From positions 3,043 to 67,042 of the forward strand of contig CAZIDN010000009.1 in assembly GCA_964537875.1 (NCBI GenBank): a stretch of 64,000 bases of DNA, read 5' to 3'. Position numbers and translations under genes: made by a program. Below the pieces are notes generated by a model. That model searched no databases and was not told where the DNA came from. It saw only the letters and a program-made list of their open reading frames with translations. The DNA is from an uncultured Eubacteriales bacterium (lineage in GTDB: Bacteria; Acidobacteriota; Aminicenantia; Aminicenantales; UBA4085). This document shows positions 37,102 through 45,842 of this stretch, piece by piece. Numbering within the stretch: position 1 is the first letter of the stretch; each line of letters opens with the position of its first letter.

Positions 37102-38040
37102 TCATCTTATGATTTGACTTTCCGTGGCCACAGTGAAGAACTTGAAGTCCTTGTAGGTCACGGTCGTTTCAGACCGGACAAAGGCTCGGCCCAAATTGCC
37201 GACATAGGCTTCCTCGATGACGAGGCGGCTGGGAAACCGGATGCCGTTTTTTTCGGCATTGAATTCCGAGATTAGGGTAAGCCGGGGCTCCCGTTTGAAT
37301 CTCGCTCCTCTCTGCCGAAAAATATCATATTGGCCGACACACTTTTCGCTCCATTCGATCTTTAAGATATCGAATGTGGCGGCATCGATCCAGGCCTTTC
37401 CATAGAGGTTCCTCGTCTCCGGTGCATCTTGCTTGGGCTTGACATCGATAACGAGGACAGGCCGCCCACGGATTTTGTCCTTCCGGGCAATTTTGTAGTC
37501 GTAGGTCGGCAGGAAGCGATGGCCGAATAGGCCGACGGGCCCGAACAAGGCATTGCCGTAGGCGAAGACCGAAGTCTTAAGCATCGCATTCGGCTCATTC
37601 GTTTTCTTCCCGTTCTCCTCAAGGAGCGTCCGGCTCTCGCGGATGAACTGGCCCGAACGAACGCACTGGTAGTCGTAAAGATAGGAGTTGTTGATCTTGC
37701 GCGGCGGCAGGGAATAGGTCGAAACAGTCTGGCCGGCGCCCCAGGGGACCCAACTCCAATCATCCCGGATATTCTCAGGCTTCATGCGGTCAAGGATTGG
37801 ATTGATGCTTTCCTCGATCTCTTCGCGGCAGAAGAAATCAAGGACGGCGCTCTCAAGCTTACGGCAGTATTCGGCTGTGTTCATGAGAAGGGCGTTGAGA
37901 TCGATCGCAGCGGAACCTGCCGTCCCCTTAGCGGCTTGCGGATGGATTCCCGCAGCCCCGGCGAGAACGCTAAGACCAATCATTATCCCCATCCATGGCC
38001 GAAGGGATTTTCTTGTTGCTTTTTTCCCGCTTTCCCTCAT
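37102..38040 (-). CDS. Secreted hypothetical protein, VWA-partner family (paralog 3)
   Basis: Signal peptide; AEYCRKL, YDYQC, LYGKAWID and KNGIRFPS. Confidence 0.85.
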   Translation of the reverse strand: MRESGKKATRKSLRPWMGIMIGLSVLAGAAGIHPQAAKGTAGSAAIDLNALLMNTAEYCRKLESAVLDFFCREEIEESINPILDRMKPENIRDDWSWVPWGAGQTVSTYSLPPRKINNSYLYDYQCVRSGQFIRESRTLLEENGKKTNEPNAMLKTSVFAYGNALFGPVGLFGHRFLPTYDYKIARKDKIRGRPVLVIDVKPKQDAPETRNLYGKAWIDAATFDILKIEWSEKCVGQYDIFRQRGARFKREPRLTLISEFNAEKNGIRFPSRLVIEEAYVGNLGRAFVRSETTVTYKDFKFFTVATESQIIR

Positions 38041-38049
38041 GGTTTTCCC

Positions 38050-40071
38050 CTATTCGATGATGAAATTGGTGGCGATTCGGGACGATGCGCCGCTCGCCGC
38101 GTTCTCCGCGACCAGGTGCATTGCATACATATCCGGTTCGACTTCCGGGATCTGAAGCCGAATGAATAACGCCTTTTCGCCCTTCTCATCCTTTTCGGCA
38201 ACAACCGCCAGCGGAACCGGGATCTCCTTGCCCGTGACACTGTCTAATAAAAAGGCCGACAGCTTGAGGTTGGCTCCATTGCCGCTCTCTGCGGCGCACC
38301 GGACAGCGGCCCAGATCTCGGTGTTTCTTTTCAGGGATTTTTCGAGATAGGGAGCGAATTGGGCAGGATCGAACAGAAACGCCTTCGCGAAAAGGGCAGA
38401 GCTTCCCTTAGTGCTGGAGCCCTTCGCCGCATTCTCTCCGATATAGACGGCCCCTCTTTCTGGAACGAGCAGGAGCGGCGGGTAGAGTAGAAGCTCGTTG
38501 GCCTTCCGTTCGGGAACGACTGCCGTCGCACCGGCCACAGCAGCCCGGCCCGTCTCCAGGTTCCTCAGCACGACTCGGCATTTGTAATTTTCCGGCGGAA
38601 CAGAAAGTACGGAGAAATTAAAAGTTTTATTCTGTTTAATCACTTTGAAGTCCGATTCGGTGCGGCGGAGGTCGACGATGTCATCGGCGGCATTAAACAC
38701 AAGGCTGACGGCCTCGACCTTTGTCCCGGCGACCTCGCCAAGTTTTTCGAAGGGGATCTCCGCGACGAGGCCAAGATTGTTCTGCGCCGCCGCGGAGCAG
38801 GCCAGGGCTTGCATCGCAAAACGCACCGGCGCTTGCGACAAGGGATTCTCGGCCAACGCCAGATCCACGAGATGGATCTGTTTCTCGAGGTCCGAATAAT
38901 CCGAAAACGGCTTGGGATCAGAATAACCGGCCTGGGCGCGGACCTCGCAGCCGGGACGGCTGACCTTCACTTTGATCTTATGGTACTTGCCGTCCCAGGT
39001 CTCTCTTATCGAGTATCCCAAAACGTAGTATGTTCCGGTCAGGGTTTGAATCTTCTCCAAATGCTCGGAGGAGTTTACGGCGTTGCCGAGATACTGCCCG
39101 CCCGTGGTGGAGGCCAATTCACGGAGCGTCACGGCCCCCGTTTGCGACTCAGGTTTCGTTAATAAGGTATACGGGTCCTCTGTATTGATCGGATAAATGG
39201 AGATGTTGGAAGTGGCCAGCTCTTTGCCGAGCTGCGTGTAGATATAGCGCAAGTCACTGTTCTTACTCTCTGGGCTATTGATGAAGGGTCCAGGGATTCC
39301 ACTCGAGAAAAGGATGATCTGTTTCTGGCCGGGGACGTAGCGCAGGGCCTGGGCAAATGTGGTCAGAGCCCAGATGAAATTGCGGGCGACGAATCGCGCC
39401 TCCGAACCGGAGCGGGCCACGGCTATCTTAACGCCTCCCCAATCAACTTCCTCCCGCCCACCCATGGCCTTCGGGTCCATGAGGACCCCCATCATTTTTT
39501 GAAGGCCGAGCGATTCGACCGCCTTCCGGATCTTCAGATGATCCGTCGTCTGAAACTCGTGGATCTGGAGGTCTCTCTTTCCAGAAAAGGAGATGACTCC
39601 GAGTTCGTCGGTAGGCATGAGCTTGGTATCAATGAAGTGCAGGGCCGCCTGCCGAGCTAGACGAACGCCTATCCCATCGGTATAGGCGAAATCGAAAAGG
39701 AAATAAAGCTTGCGGTTCAGGAGGCGGGGCGTGGTGGCGAGTGGCGTCGGGGCGAGCTTCTCATCGGCAGGCGCCTTTGCGGACGGAAAGGAAAGGACAT
39801 GCTTTTCGAATTCGGTCAGGATTTTCTGTTCTCCGTTGTCGTAAAGGATGAAATCGTCTTTGCTCAGGTCGGTCACTGGGTTCCCTTTCTTGTCCGTGAC
39901 GATGACCTGGATGAGCTTCAGGGTTACTCTGGCTTCGTACTGAATAGGCTTCTGGGGCCGGACGGCTTCCTGGGATGCTGAGCTTGGTTGAAAAAGAGGT
40001 CCCAAGATAAGGCATAAGCCGGCAATAATAAGGAGAATGGAGGATTTTGTAACGAGATTTATTTTCCTCAT
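38050..40071 (-). CDS. VWA domain protein, Acidobacterial type (paralog 2)
   Basis: QEAVRPQKPIQYEARVTLKLIQVIVTDKKG, YYVLGY, WDGKYHKIKVKV and RNLETG. Confidence 0.87.
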   Translation of the reverse strand: MRKINLVTKSSILLIIAGLCLILGPLFQPSSASQEAVRPQKPIQYEARVTLKLIQVIVTDKKGNPVTDLSKDDFILYDNGEQKILTEFEKHVLSFPSAKAPADEKLAPTPLATTPRLLNRKLYFLFDFAYTDGIGVRLARQAALHFIDTKLMPTDELGVISFSGKRDLQIHEFQTTDHLKIRKAVESLGLQKMMGVLMDPKAMGGREEVDWGGVKIAVARSGSEARFVARNFIWALTTFAQALRYVPGQKQIILFSSGIPGPFINSPESKNSDLRYIYTQLGKELATSNISIYPINTEDPYTLLTKPESQTGAVTLRELASTTGGQYLGNAVNSSEHLEKIQTLTGTYYVLGYSIRETWDGKYHKIKVKVSRPGCEVRAQAGYSDPKPFSDYSDLEKQIHLVDLALAENPLSQAPVRFAMQALACSAAAQNNLGLVAEIPFEKLGEVAGTKVEAVSLVFNAADDIVDLRRTESDFKVIKQNKTFNFSVLSVPPENYKCRVVLRNLETGRAAVAGATAVVPERKANELLLYPPLLLVPERGAVYIGENAAKGSSTKGSSALFAKAFLFDPAQFAPYLEKSLKRNTEIWAAVRCAAESGNGANLKLSAFLLDSVTGKEIPVPLAVVAEKDEKGEKALFIRLQIPEVEPDMYAMHLVAENAASGASSRIATNFIIE

Positions 40072-40193
40072 ATCAAGGCTCCGAAATCCCCTGGTTTCCG
40101 CATAATTGCTGTTTTTTTTATCATAGCGCTAATTGGCACGATAAGAAATTGTTAGGAAAAAGTTTTTGCCTGGACATCTGTGCCCTAAGTTGC

Positions 40194-40210
40194 AGCATTA
40201 AATGTGCCAA
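40194..40210 (-). promoter_or_regulatory. sigma54 (-24/-12)-type promoter upstream of VWA paralog 2
   Basis: Minus strand TTGGCACATTTAATGCT (GG-N10-GC), conserved in the paralogous upstream region at 43626-43642. Confidence 0.6.
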
Positions 40211-40417
40211 GAATCAAGGGTTTCCTTATGGGGAAAATGTTTTAGAAGCCGTGGGTAATGTCCTTTTTTTTGGACATTTGACTTCGTTTTTCCACGCCAA
40301 ATTGTAAGCAAGCTTAGTTCTATAAAATTGTTTTTCATCACTGAGATAATTTCTGCCTTTTTTGCTATGGAATGACATGCGTGGCCCAGCACGAATTTCT
40401 CGCCTTCAATTTTCGAA

Positions 40418-40480
40418 GTCAAAGCTACTCACTTCGCGAGATTTCTTGGGGAAAGATGCGTAAAAAGTAGCTTTGACCCC
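40418..40480. repeat. REP-like palindrome (degenerate 66-bp family copy)
   Basis: GTCAAAGCTACT...AGTAGCTTTGACCCC. Confidence 0.8.
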
Positions 40481-40483
40481 GGT

Positions 40484-41401
40484 TCATCTTATGATTTGGC
40501 TTTCCGTCGCCACAGTGAAGAACTTGAAGTCCTTGTAGGTCACGGTCGTTTCAGACCGGACGAAGACGAGGCCGCCCTCGCTCACGTAGGCCTCCTCGAT
40601 AAACAGTTTGCTTGGGAAGCGGATGCCGTTTTTTTCGACCGGGAACTCCGAGCGAATGGTGAGACGGGGCTTACGGTTGTATTGTTCTGCCCTTTTGAGG
40701 GTGATTTCGTAATGATTGACACGCTTCTCGCTCCACTGGATCTTGAGAATATCGCCGGTGGCCGCGTCGATCCAGGCTTTGCCATAAAGATTCCGGGCTT
40801 CCGGCGCGTCGGGTTTGGGCATCGCATCGATGATGACAGCAGGCCGCTTTTGGATTTTATCCTTCCCCACGATCTTGTAATCATAATAGGGTTGAGAACC
40901 TTCGGCGAAAATGCCGATAGGAGCCATCAAGACGTACCCGAAAAGGAAGTTCAAGGTCTTCAGCTTCGCGTTCGGCTCGTTTATCTTCTTGCGGTTCTCT
41001 TGAAGGAGATTGCGAACCTCGCGAATCTCCCCGCCGGCCCGGATGCATTGATAATCGTAGATAAGCGTCCGCTTGACCTTCGGGGATGGCGGCACAACGG
41101 CGATTCCCGTCCGGGTTTCGCCCATGCCGGCCGATGCATCGCCCTCAGTACGTACGGAAGTCCATGTGGTCAACGTCGCTTTCGACTGCTTCAGGTCGAG
41201 CCTGGGATCGACGACCTCGACGATCTCCTCCTTGCAGATGTAATCGAGGGCAGCGCCCTCGAGCTTGCGGCAGTAGGCCGCCGCTTTATCGAGCAGAGTG
41301 GCCAGGTCCGGCGCTTGATTTTGGGGAAATTCCTTCCCCCCCCCGATTCCGGACAGAATCGCGACAAGAATTATTGTTAGCCCACCCTTGAGAGCGTTCA
41401 T
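40484..41401 (-). CDS. Secreted hypothetical protein, VWA-partner family (paralog 4)
   Basis: Signal peptide; AAYCRKL, YDYQC, LYGKAWID and KNGIRFPS; C-terminal 25 aa identical to paralog 3. Confidence 0.85.
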   Translation of the reverse strand: MNALKGGLTIILVAILSGIGGGKEFPQNQAPDLATLLDKAAAYCRKLEGAALDYICKEEIVEVVDPRLDLKQSKATLTTWTSVRTEGDASAGMGETRTGIAVVPPSPKVKRTLIYDYQCIRAGGEIREVRNLLQENRKKINEPNAKLKTLNFLFGYVLMAPIGIFAEGSQPYYDYKIVGKDKIQKRPAVIIDAMPKPDAPEARNLYGKAWIDAATGDILKIQWSEKRVNHYEITLKRAEQYNRKPRLTIRSEFPVEKNGIRFPSKLFIEEAYVSEGGLVFVRSETTVTYKDFKFFTVATESQIIR

Positions 41402-41420
41402 TTCTACCCTCCTCTCCCTT

Positions 41421-43505
41421 TTAGGGATCTCGGCTGACTCCGATTTTATCGAGCAACGTCGGCGGTTTCAGATTCGCCCGCTCGACCTTAAAGTCGTTGG
41501 CGATAAGCGATGATTTCCCGCTCGTCTCTTCCTCAGCCTTGAGATAAAGGCGATAGGGGCCGGGTTCGACCTCGGGGATATCGAGGCGCGCAAGGTAGGC
41601 TTTTCCCGATGGTTCGTCCTTTTTCGAGAGAAGTGTGAGAGGAACGGCGACAACATCCCCGAATTCTAGGTTCTCGAGAAAAGCCGAGATTTTGATCTTC
41701 GGCGCCGCAATCTTGGCGACGGCGCATCGAAACGAGGCCCAGATCTCGGAAGGGCTCGAAAGCGTCTTCTCCGTATAAGGGACATACTGGCGGGTGTCGA
41801 AGCCGACGATTTCAGAGAGGGAACGAGTCGGCGCCTTCCCGGACGCCTTTGGAGTGAAACCCTTTAGATAGAACGCCGCCCTCTCGGGCTTCCATAACAA
41901 GGGCGGGAGGAGCGCGATTCCGGAAGCTTTGGCTTCAGGGACAGCGGTCGAGACTCCCGCGACCGCAGCCGCTCCCGTCTCCAGGTTCCGCATGACGATC
42001 CGGCATTTGTAGGCGCCCGGCGGGACGGCCAGGACGGACAGCAAGTATGCCCCCGACTGCGCGACCTTCGTCAAATCCTCCTCGCTCCGGCGGAGCTCGA
42101 CGATCTCGTCCGACGGATTGAAGACAAGGTTGACGACTTCGACCTTTTTCCCCACGACGCTACTGATTTTTTCTCTCGGGATCCAGGCCGCGAATACGAG
42201 GTTCCCGGCCGGATCCGACGAGAAAGGCAGGGCCGTCATCTCGAACCGGGCAGGCGTCTGTGACAGAGGCGTATCGGCTAGGGCCAGGTCGACGAGCTGG
42301 ATCGTTTTCTCGAGGTCCGTGTAATCCGCGAAGGGTTTCGGATTGAAATACCCCCACTGGGCGCGGACATCGCAGCCCGGCCGCTTTACGGTCACCTGGA
42401 TTCTGTGATACTTGCCGTCCCAGGTCTCGCTGACCGGGTAGCCGAGGACATAATACGAACCGGTCGATGCATGGACCTTTTCGACAAATGGTTCATAATT
42501 ATACATATTGAGCCAGTATTGGCCTCCCGTTTCATAGGACGTTTTGGCCAGGGTCCAGGCGCCCGTCAGCCAATCGCTGAGTGTGATCCCACCCGTGTAC
42601 AAAGCGTGGACCGCGACGTTCGACGTCTGCAGTTCCTTCAGAAGGATCTCGTATGGATGATATTTTGCCGGAAGGGCAACCGGGTATGCCACCGGATAAG
42701 GGACTCCCTCGGAAAAAAGTACAAGATGCTTCTGGCCCGGGATGGAGCGGAGCGCGATGGCCAAAGCAGTGAGAGAATCGACGTAGTGTAGATAATTAAG
42801 GCGCCACATTTCCGCCATATCGAGTTTAGGCATTTCGGGCATGGGTTGAGTATATTTTGTTTCTGGCCGCTCATCGGCAAGACCTGCAGCCTTCAACTCC
42901 CTTTGATATTTGTCTTCCAGGTCCTCGAATCGGTCGGCCGAATCGCGGAGCCCGATTTTAGAGACGAGATTGCGGACCTTCTGATGATCGGTCGTCAGAT
43001 AGAGATGGACCTGGAGGCGTTTGAGGAGCGAGTAGGAGACAACTCCGATCTCGTCGGTAGGCATAATTTTGGTATCGAGGAAATTCCGTACCACCTCTCC
43101 CATTTTTCGGACGCCGGCGGGACTGTTGTAGGCGAAATCGAGGAAAATGAAAAATTTGCGGTTGAGAAGGCGCGGCGCCTGAAGGGGCGTCGCCGCGACG
43201 CGTTCTTCGACAGGCTTTTCCGGGGATGGGAGAGAGAGAACATGCTTTTCGAACTCCGTGAGATTCATCTCCTGCCCGTTGTCAGTGAGGACGAAGTCTT
43301 CTTTCTTGAGATCCGTTACGGGTTTTCCTTGCTTGTCCAAGACAATGACCTGGATGAGCTTGACGGTGACTCTGACTTCATACTGGAGAGGCTTTTGAGG
43401 CCGGACCGCCTCCTGGGGGACGGAGCTCGATTGAGAGGATAGCCCTGCGATAAGGCACAAGCCTGTAACGGGAAGGAAAAATGTGAATTTCTTAATTTTC
43501 CACAC
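41421..43505 (-). CDS. VWA domain protein, Acidobacterial type (paralog 3)
   Basis: QEAVRPQKPLQYEVRVTVKLIQVIV, YYVLGY, WDGKYHRIQV and GYFNPKPF; GTG start. Confidence 0.87.
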   Translation of the reverse strand: MWKIKKFTFFLPVTGLCLIAGLSSQSSSVPQEAVRPQKPLQYEVRVTVKLIQVIVLDKQGKPVTDLKKEDFVLTDNGQEMNLTEFEKHVLSLPSPEKPVEERVAATPLQAPRLLNRKFFIFLDFAYNSPAGVRKMGEVVRNFLDTKIMPTDEIGVVSYSLLKRLQVHLYLTTDHQKVRNLVSKIGLRDSADRFEDLEDKYQRELKAAGLADERPETKYTQPMPEMPKLDMAEMWRLNYLHYVDSLTALAIALRSIPGQKHLVLFSEGVPYPVAYPVALPAKYHPYEILLKELQTSNVAVHALYTGGITLSDWLTGAWTLAKTSYETGGQYWLNMYNYEPFVEKVHASTGSYYVLGYPVSETWDGKYHRIQVTVKRPGCDVRAQWGYFNPKPFADYTDLEKTIQLVDLALADTPLSQTPARFEMTALPFSSDPAGNLVFAAWIPREKISSVVGKKVEVVNLVFNPSDEIVELRRSEEDLTKVAQSGAYLLSVLAVPPGAYKCRIVMRNLETGAAAVAGVSTAVPEAKASGIALLPPLLWKPERAAFYLKGFTPKASGKAPTRSLSEIVGFDTRQYVPYTEKTLSSPSEIWASFRCAVAKIAAPKIKISAFLENLEFGDVVAVPLTLLSKKDEPSGKAYLARLDIPEVEPGPYRLYLKAEEETSGKSSLIANDFKVERANLKPPTLLDKIGVSRDP

Positions 43506-43625
43506 AATAAACCTCAGAAATTCCCCGAATTCTATATTATGGCCGTTATTTTAATTATAGTCCTACTCGGCTCAATAAGAAATCGTTAGGGAAAAGCATT
43601 AGTATAAACCTTTGCTTTTAAACGC

Positions 43626-43642
43626 AGCATAAAATGTGCCAA
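43626..43642 (-). promoter_or_regulatory. sigma54 (-24/-12)-type promoter upstream of VWA paralog 3
   Basis: Minus strand TTGGCACATTTTATGCT (GG-N10-GC). Confidence 0.6.
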
Positions 43643-43759
43643 GAAATGAACGGGGTCTTAAGGGGAAAAATGCTTTAGAATCTGTAAGTTATATCTCTTT
43701 TTGAGGACATCTGACCGCATATTTCCTTACAAGCCTGTAAAGAAATCGGACTCATAGCC

Positions 43760-43864
43760 GGGGTCAAACCTCAAAATTCAACAAACTCGAAAAGAATTGG
43801 GCTCAAAACTACTGATTACGCAAAATATCTAGGGGAAAGGTGCGTAATGTGTAGCTTTGACCCC
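43760..43864. repeat. Composite REP: orphan GGGGTCAAACCTCAA arm plus a degenerate 66-bp palindrome (43799-43864)
   Basis: The first arm resembles the 53497 variant; the second unit has TTACGCA...TGCGTAA and GTAGCTTTGACCCC. Confidence 0.75.
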
Positions 43865-44062
43865 GATTTTACAAAAAAAATCGCGGGTGGCGCGGATGTT
43901 GCCCCGTAATGCCCGAAGCGCCTGAGTGGCGGGTGGGAAGAAGCATGATAAAAGATTTTTAATTAGCGATATTAAACCCCCTCCCCCCTTGGCCAATCAA
44001 GGGGGATTTGAAAGGTCGAAGGGCATTAGAGGCACGTCCGCGACAGGGCCCGCGGCCGCTTT

Positions 44063-45613
44063 TTATTTGGCGATTTTGATGTTCCGCTTCTCGAGGCTCG
44101 TGCCCATGGCCTTGTCCAGCCTGGCCACGGAAAGGATGTAATCGACCTTTGCCTTGAGCTCCATGGACCGGGCATTGGCCAGCTTTTCCTGGAAATCCAG
44201 GACGAAATAATTCGTGGACAGCCCGACCTGGAGCTTCTTGACCTCCGCATCCAGGCTTTTCTCGGCCAGCTCCCGGGCCACCCGGTAGGCCTCAGTTCTC
44301 TTGGCGTTTGTCTCGATCATCCGGACGGCATCGCTGACGTCCAGGATCATCTGCTGCTCCTGGTTTTTGAGCTTGACGAGGCTCTGGTCCAGATCCATCT
44401 TTGCATAGGCATAATCGGCTTTCGTTAGGAAGTTGCTCAGCGGGATGGAAAGCGTCAGGCCGATGTTCCAGTTCTGGTAGAGGAGCTTGAACGCATCGCG
44501 GAGGGAGTCCCCCGCGCCGCCCGGCTGCTTGCCGATGATGACACCAAGGAACGGATTATCGTCCAAGTAGAGGATGCGGTCACCGCTGATCCCGGGGCTC
44601 CAGTAGGAAAGCTGGAGGTCGAGGCCGGGAAGCATCTGGTTCTTGGCGACGCCGACGGTGAGCTCCTTGGATTCGATGGTCTTCCTGAGGGCCTGGATGT
44701 CCGGACGCCGGTCCATGGCCCGTTTCAAGGCCTCATCGATCGTCACCGTCGCCTCTTTGAAATCCGGCATGTCCTTGGGCACGATCCTTTTCAGACGGGC
44801 GTCGCCTTCCACGGCAAGGTTGATGATCGTCTTGAGGACTTCTTCGGTCCGCGTGATCAGCGCCTCGGCCTGGATCATATCCGCTTCGCGGGAGGCCACC
44901 TGGGATTCGGCGATCAGGATCTCGATGGGGGCGAGCTGTCCGAACTCCACTTCCTTCTTGTTCTTGGCCAGGAGGTCGCGGCCGAGCTGAAGGGACTGCC
45001 GCTTGACATTGGTATTCTCGATGGCATAGACCAGGTTCCAGTAGGTTTCCTGGACCAGGTAAATCGTGTCTATGAGGGTGTTTTGGAGCTGGATGTCGGA
45101 AATCTCCATATTCTTTTCGGCCTGGACGATCTGGGCGCGGTTGACCTTGGTCCCAAAGTTCTTGAGCAGGGGCTGCACAAAATCCAGACGGAGAGTGCTG
45201 CCGTAGCGCGGATTGATCAGCTGGAAGGCCTGATTGGTATCTGATTTATAGCTCTGAAGGGACAGCGTCAAATTCCCGCCCGTCGGGATGGTCTCAACGA
45301 CCCCGACACTGTAATCGGACAGACGGTTGATGCTGGTGCCCGCGCCTTGGATCCACCAATAGGAGGGAGTTTCCTGGCGGTTGGCCCCATAGCTCAGCTC
45401 GAAGCGCGGCATGAAGACTTCCCTGGCCTTGGCGATGGAGATGCCGGCCAGTTCGGGGTTCATCATTTCGACCGCGACGTTGAGGTTGTTTTTCAGAGCT
45501 TTGGCGACACATTCTTCCAGCGTCAGGTTCAGGACCTCCTGACTCTGGCCCAAGGCCGGCTTGAGAAAAAGCGCGATCACCAGAATCGCCATCCATCGGA
45601 TTCTTGTATTCAT
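44063..45613 (-). CDS. TolC family outer membrane protein
   Basis: LTLEECVAKALKNNL, QPLLKNFG and GLSTNYFVLDFQ. Confidence 0.9.
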   Translation of the reverse strand: MNTRIRWMAILVIALFLKPALGQSQEVLNLTLEECVAKALKNNLNVAVEMMNPELAGISIAKAREVFMPRFELSYGANRQETPSYWWIQGAGTSINRLSDYSVGVVETIPTGGNLTLSLQSYKSDTNQAFQLINPRYGSTLRLDFVQPLLKNFGTKVNRAQIVQAEKNMEISDIQLQNTLIDTIYLVQETYWNLVYAIENTNVKRQSLQLGRDLLAKNKKEVEFGQLAPIEILIAESQVASREADMIQAEALITRTEEVLKTIINLAVEGDARLKRIVPKDMPDFKEATVTIDEALKRAMDRRPDIQALRKTIESKELTVGVAKNQMLPGLDLQLSYWSPGISGDRILYLDDNPFLGVIIGKQPGGAGDSLRDAFKLLYQNWNIGLTLSIPLSNFLTKADYAYAKMDLDQSLVKLKNQEQQMILDVSDAVRMIETNAKRTEAYRVARELAEKSLDAEVKKLQVGLSTNYFVLDFQEKLANARSMELKAKVDYILSVARLDKAMGTSLEKRNIKIAK

Positions 45614-45842
45614 GTCGATCCTCCGTAATAAAAGCTTTCAGTCTATCAAATCGCTGTTATGAGAGTAACTCCCGGTTCCCGGGAGAACGCAACAGTATAC
45701 CACACCTATTTATACGATGGCGGCCGGCTTTGGTTCCAGGCTGCCCGTCAACTCAGAGGGGAAGACCCCTTCCGAAGGTCGCTTCGCTTCCCGCCTCCCC
45801 TGCCCGGACGGCAAATGATCGCCGCTCGGCATCCCTTCATCG

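Noticed and set aside
30976-43864. Repeated 66-bp palindromes as a CRISPR array
   Set aside because: The copies are kilobases apart and separated by genes, there are no regular spacers, and no cas genes are present.
43870-44060. GC-rich hairpins downstream of the second tolC (e.g. CCCCCTTGG...CAAGGGGG)
   Set aside because: Consistent with ordinary terminator or REP-like hairpins; no tRNA or riboswitch consensus could be fitted.
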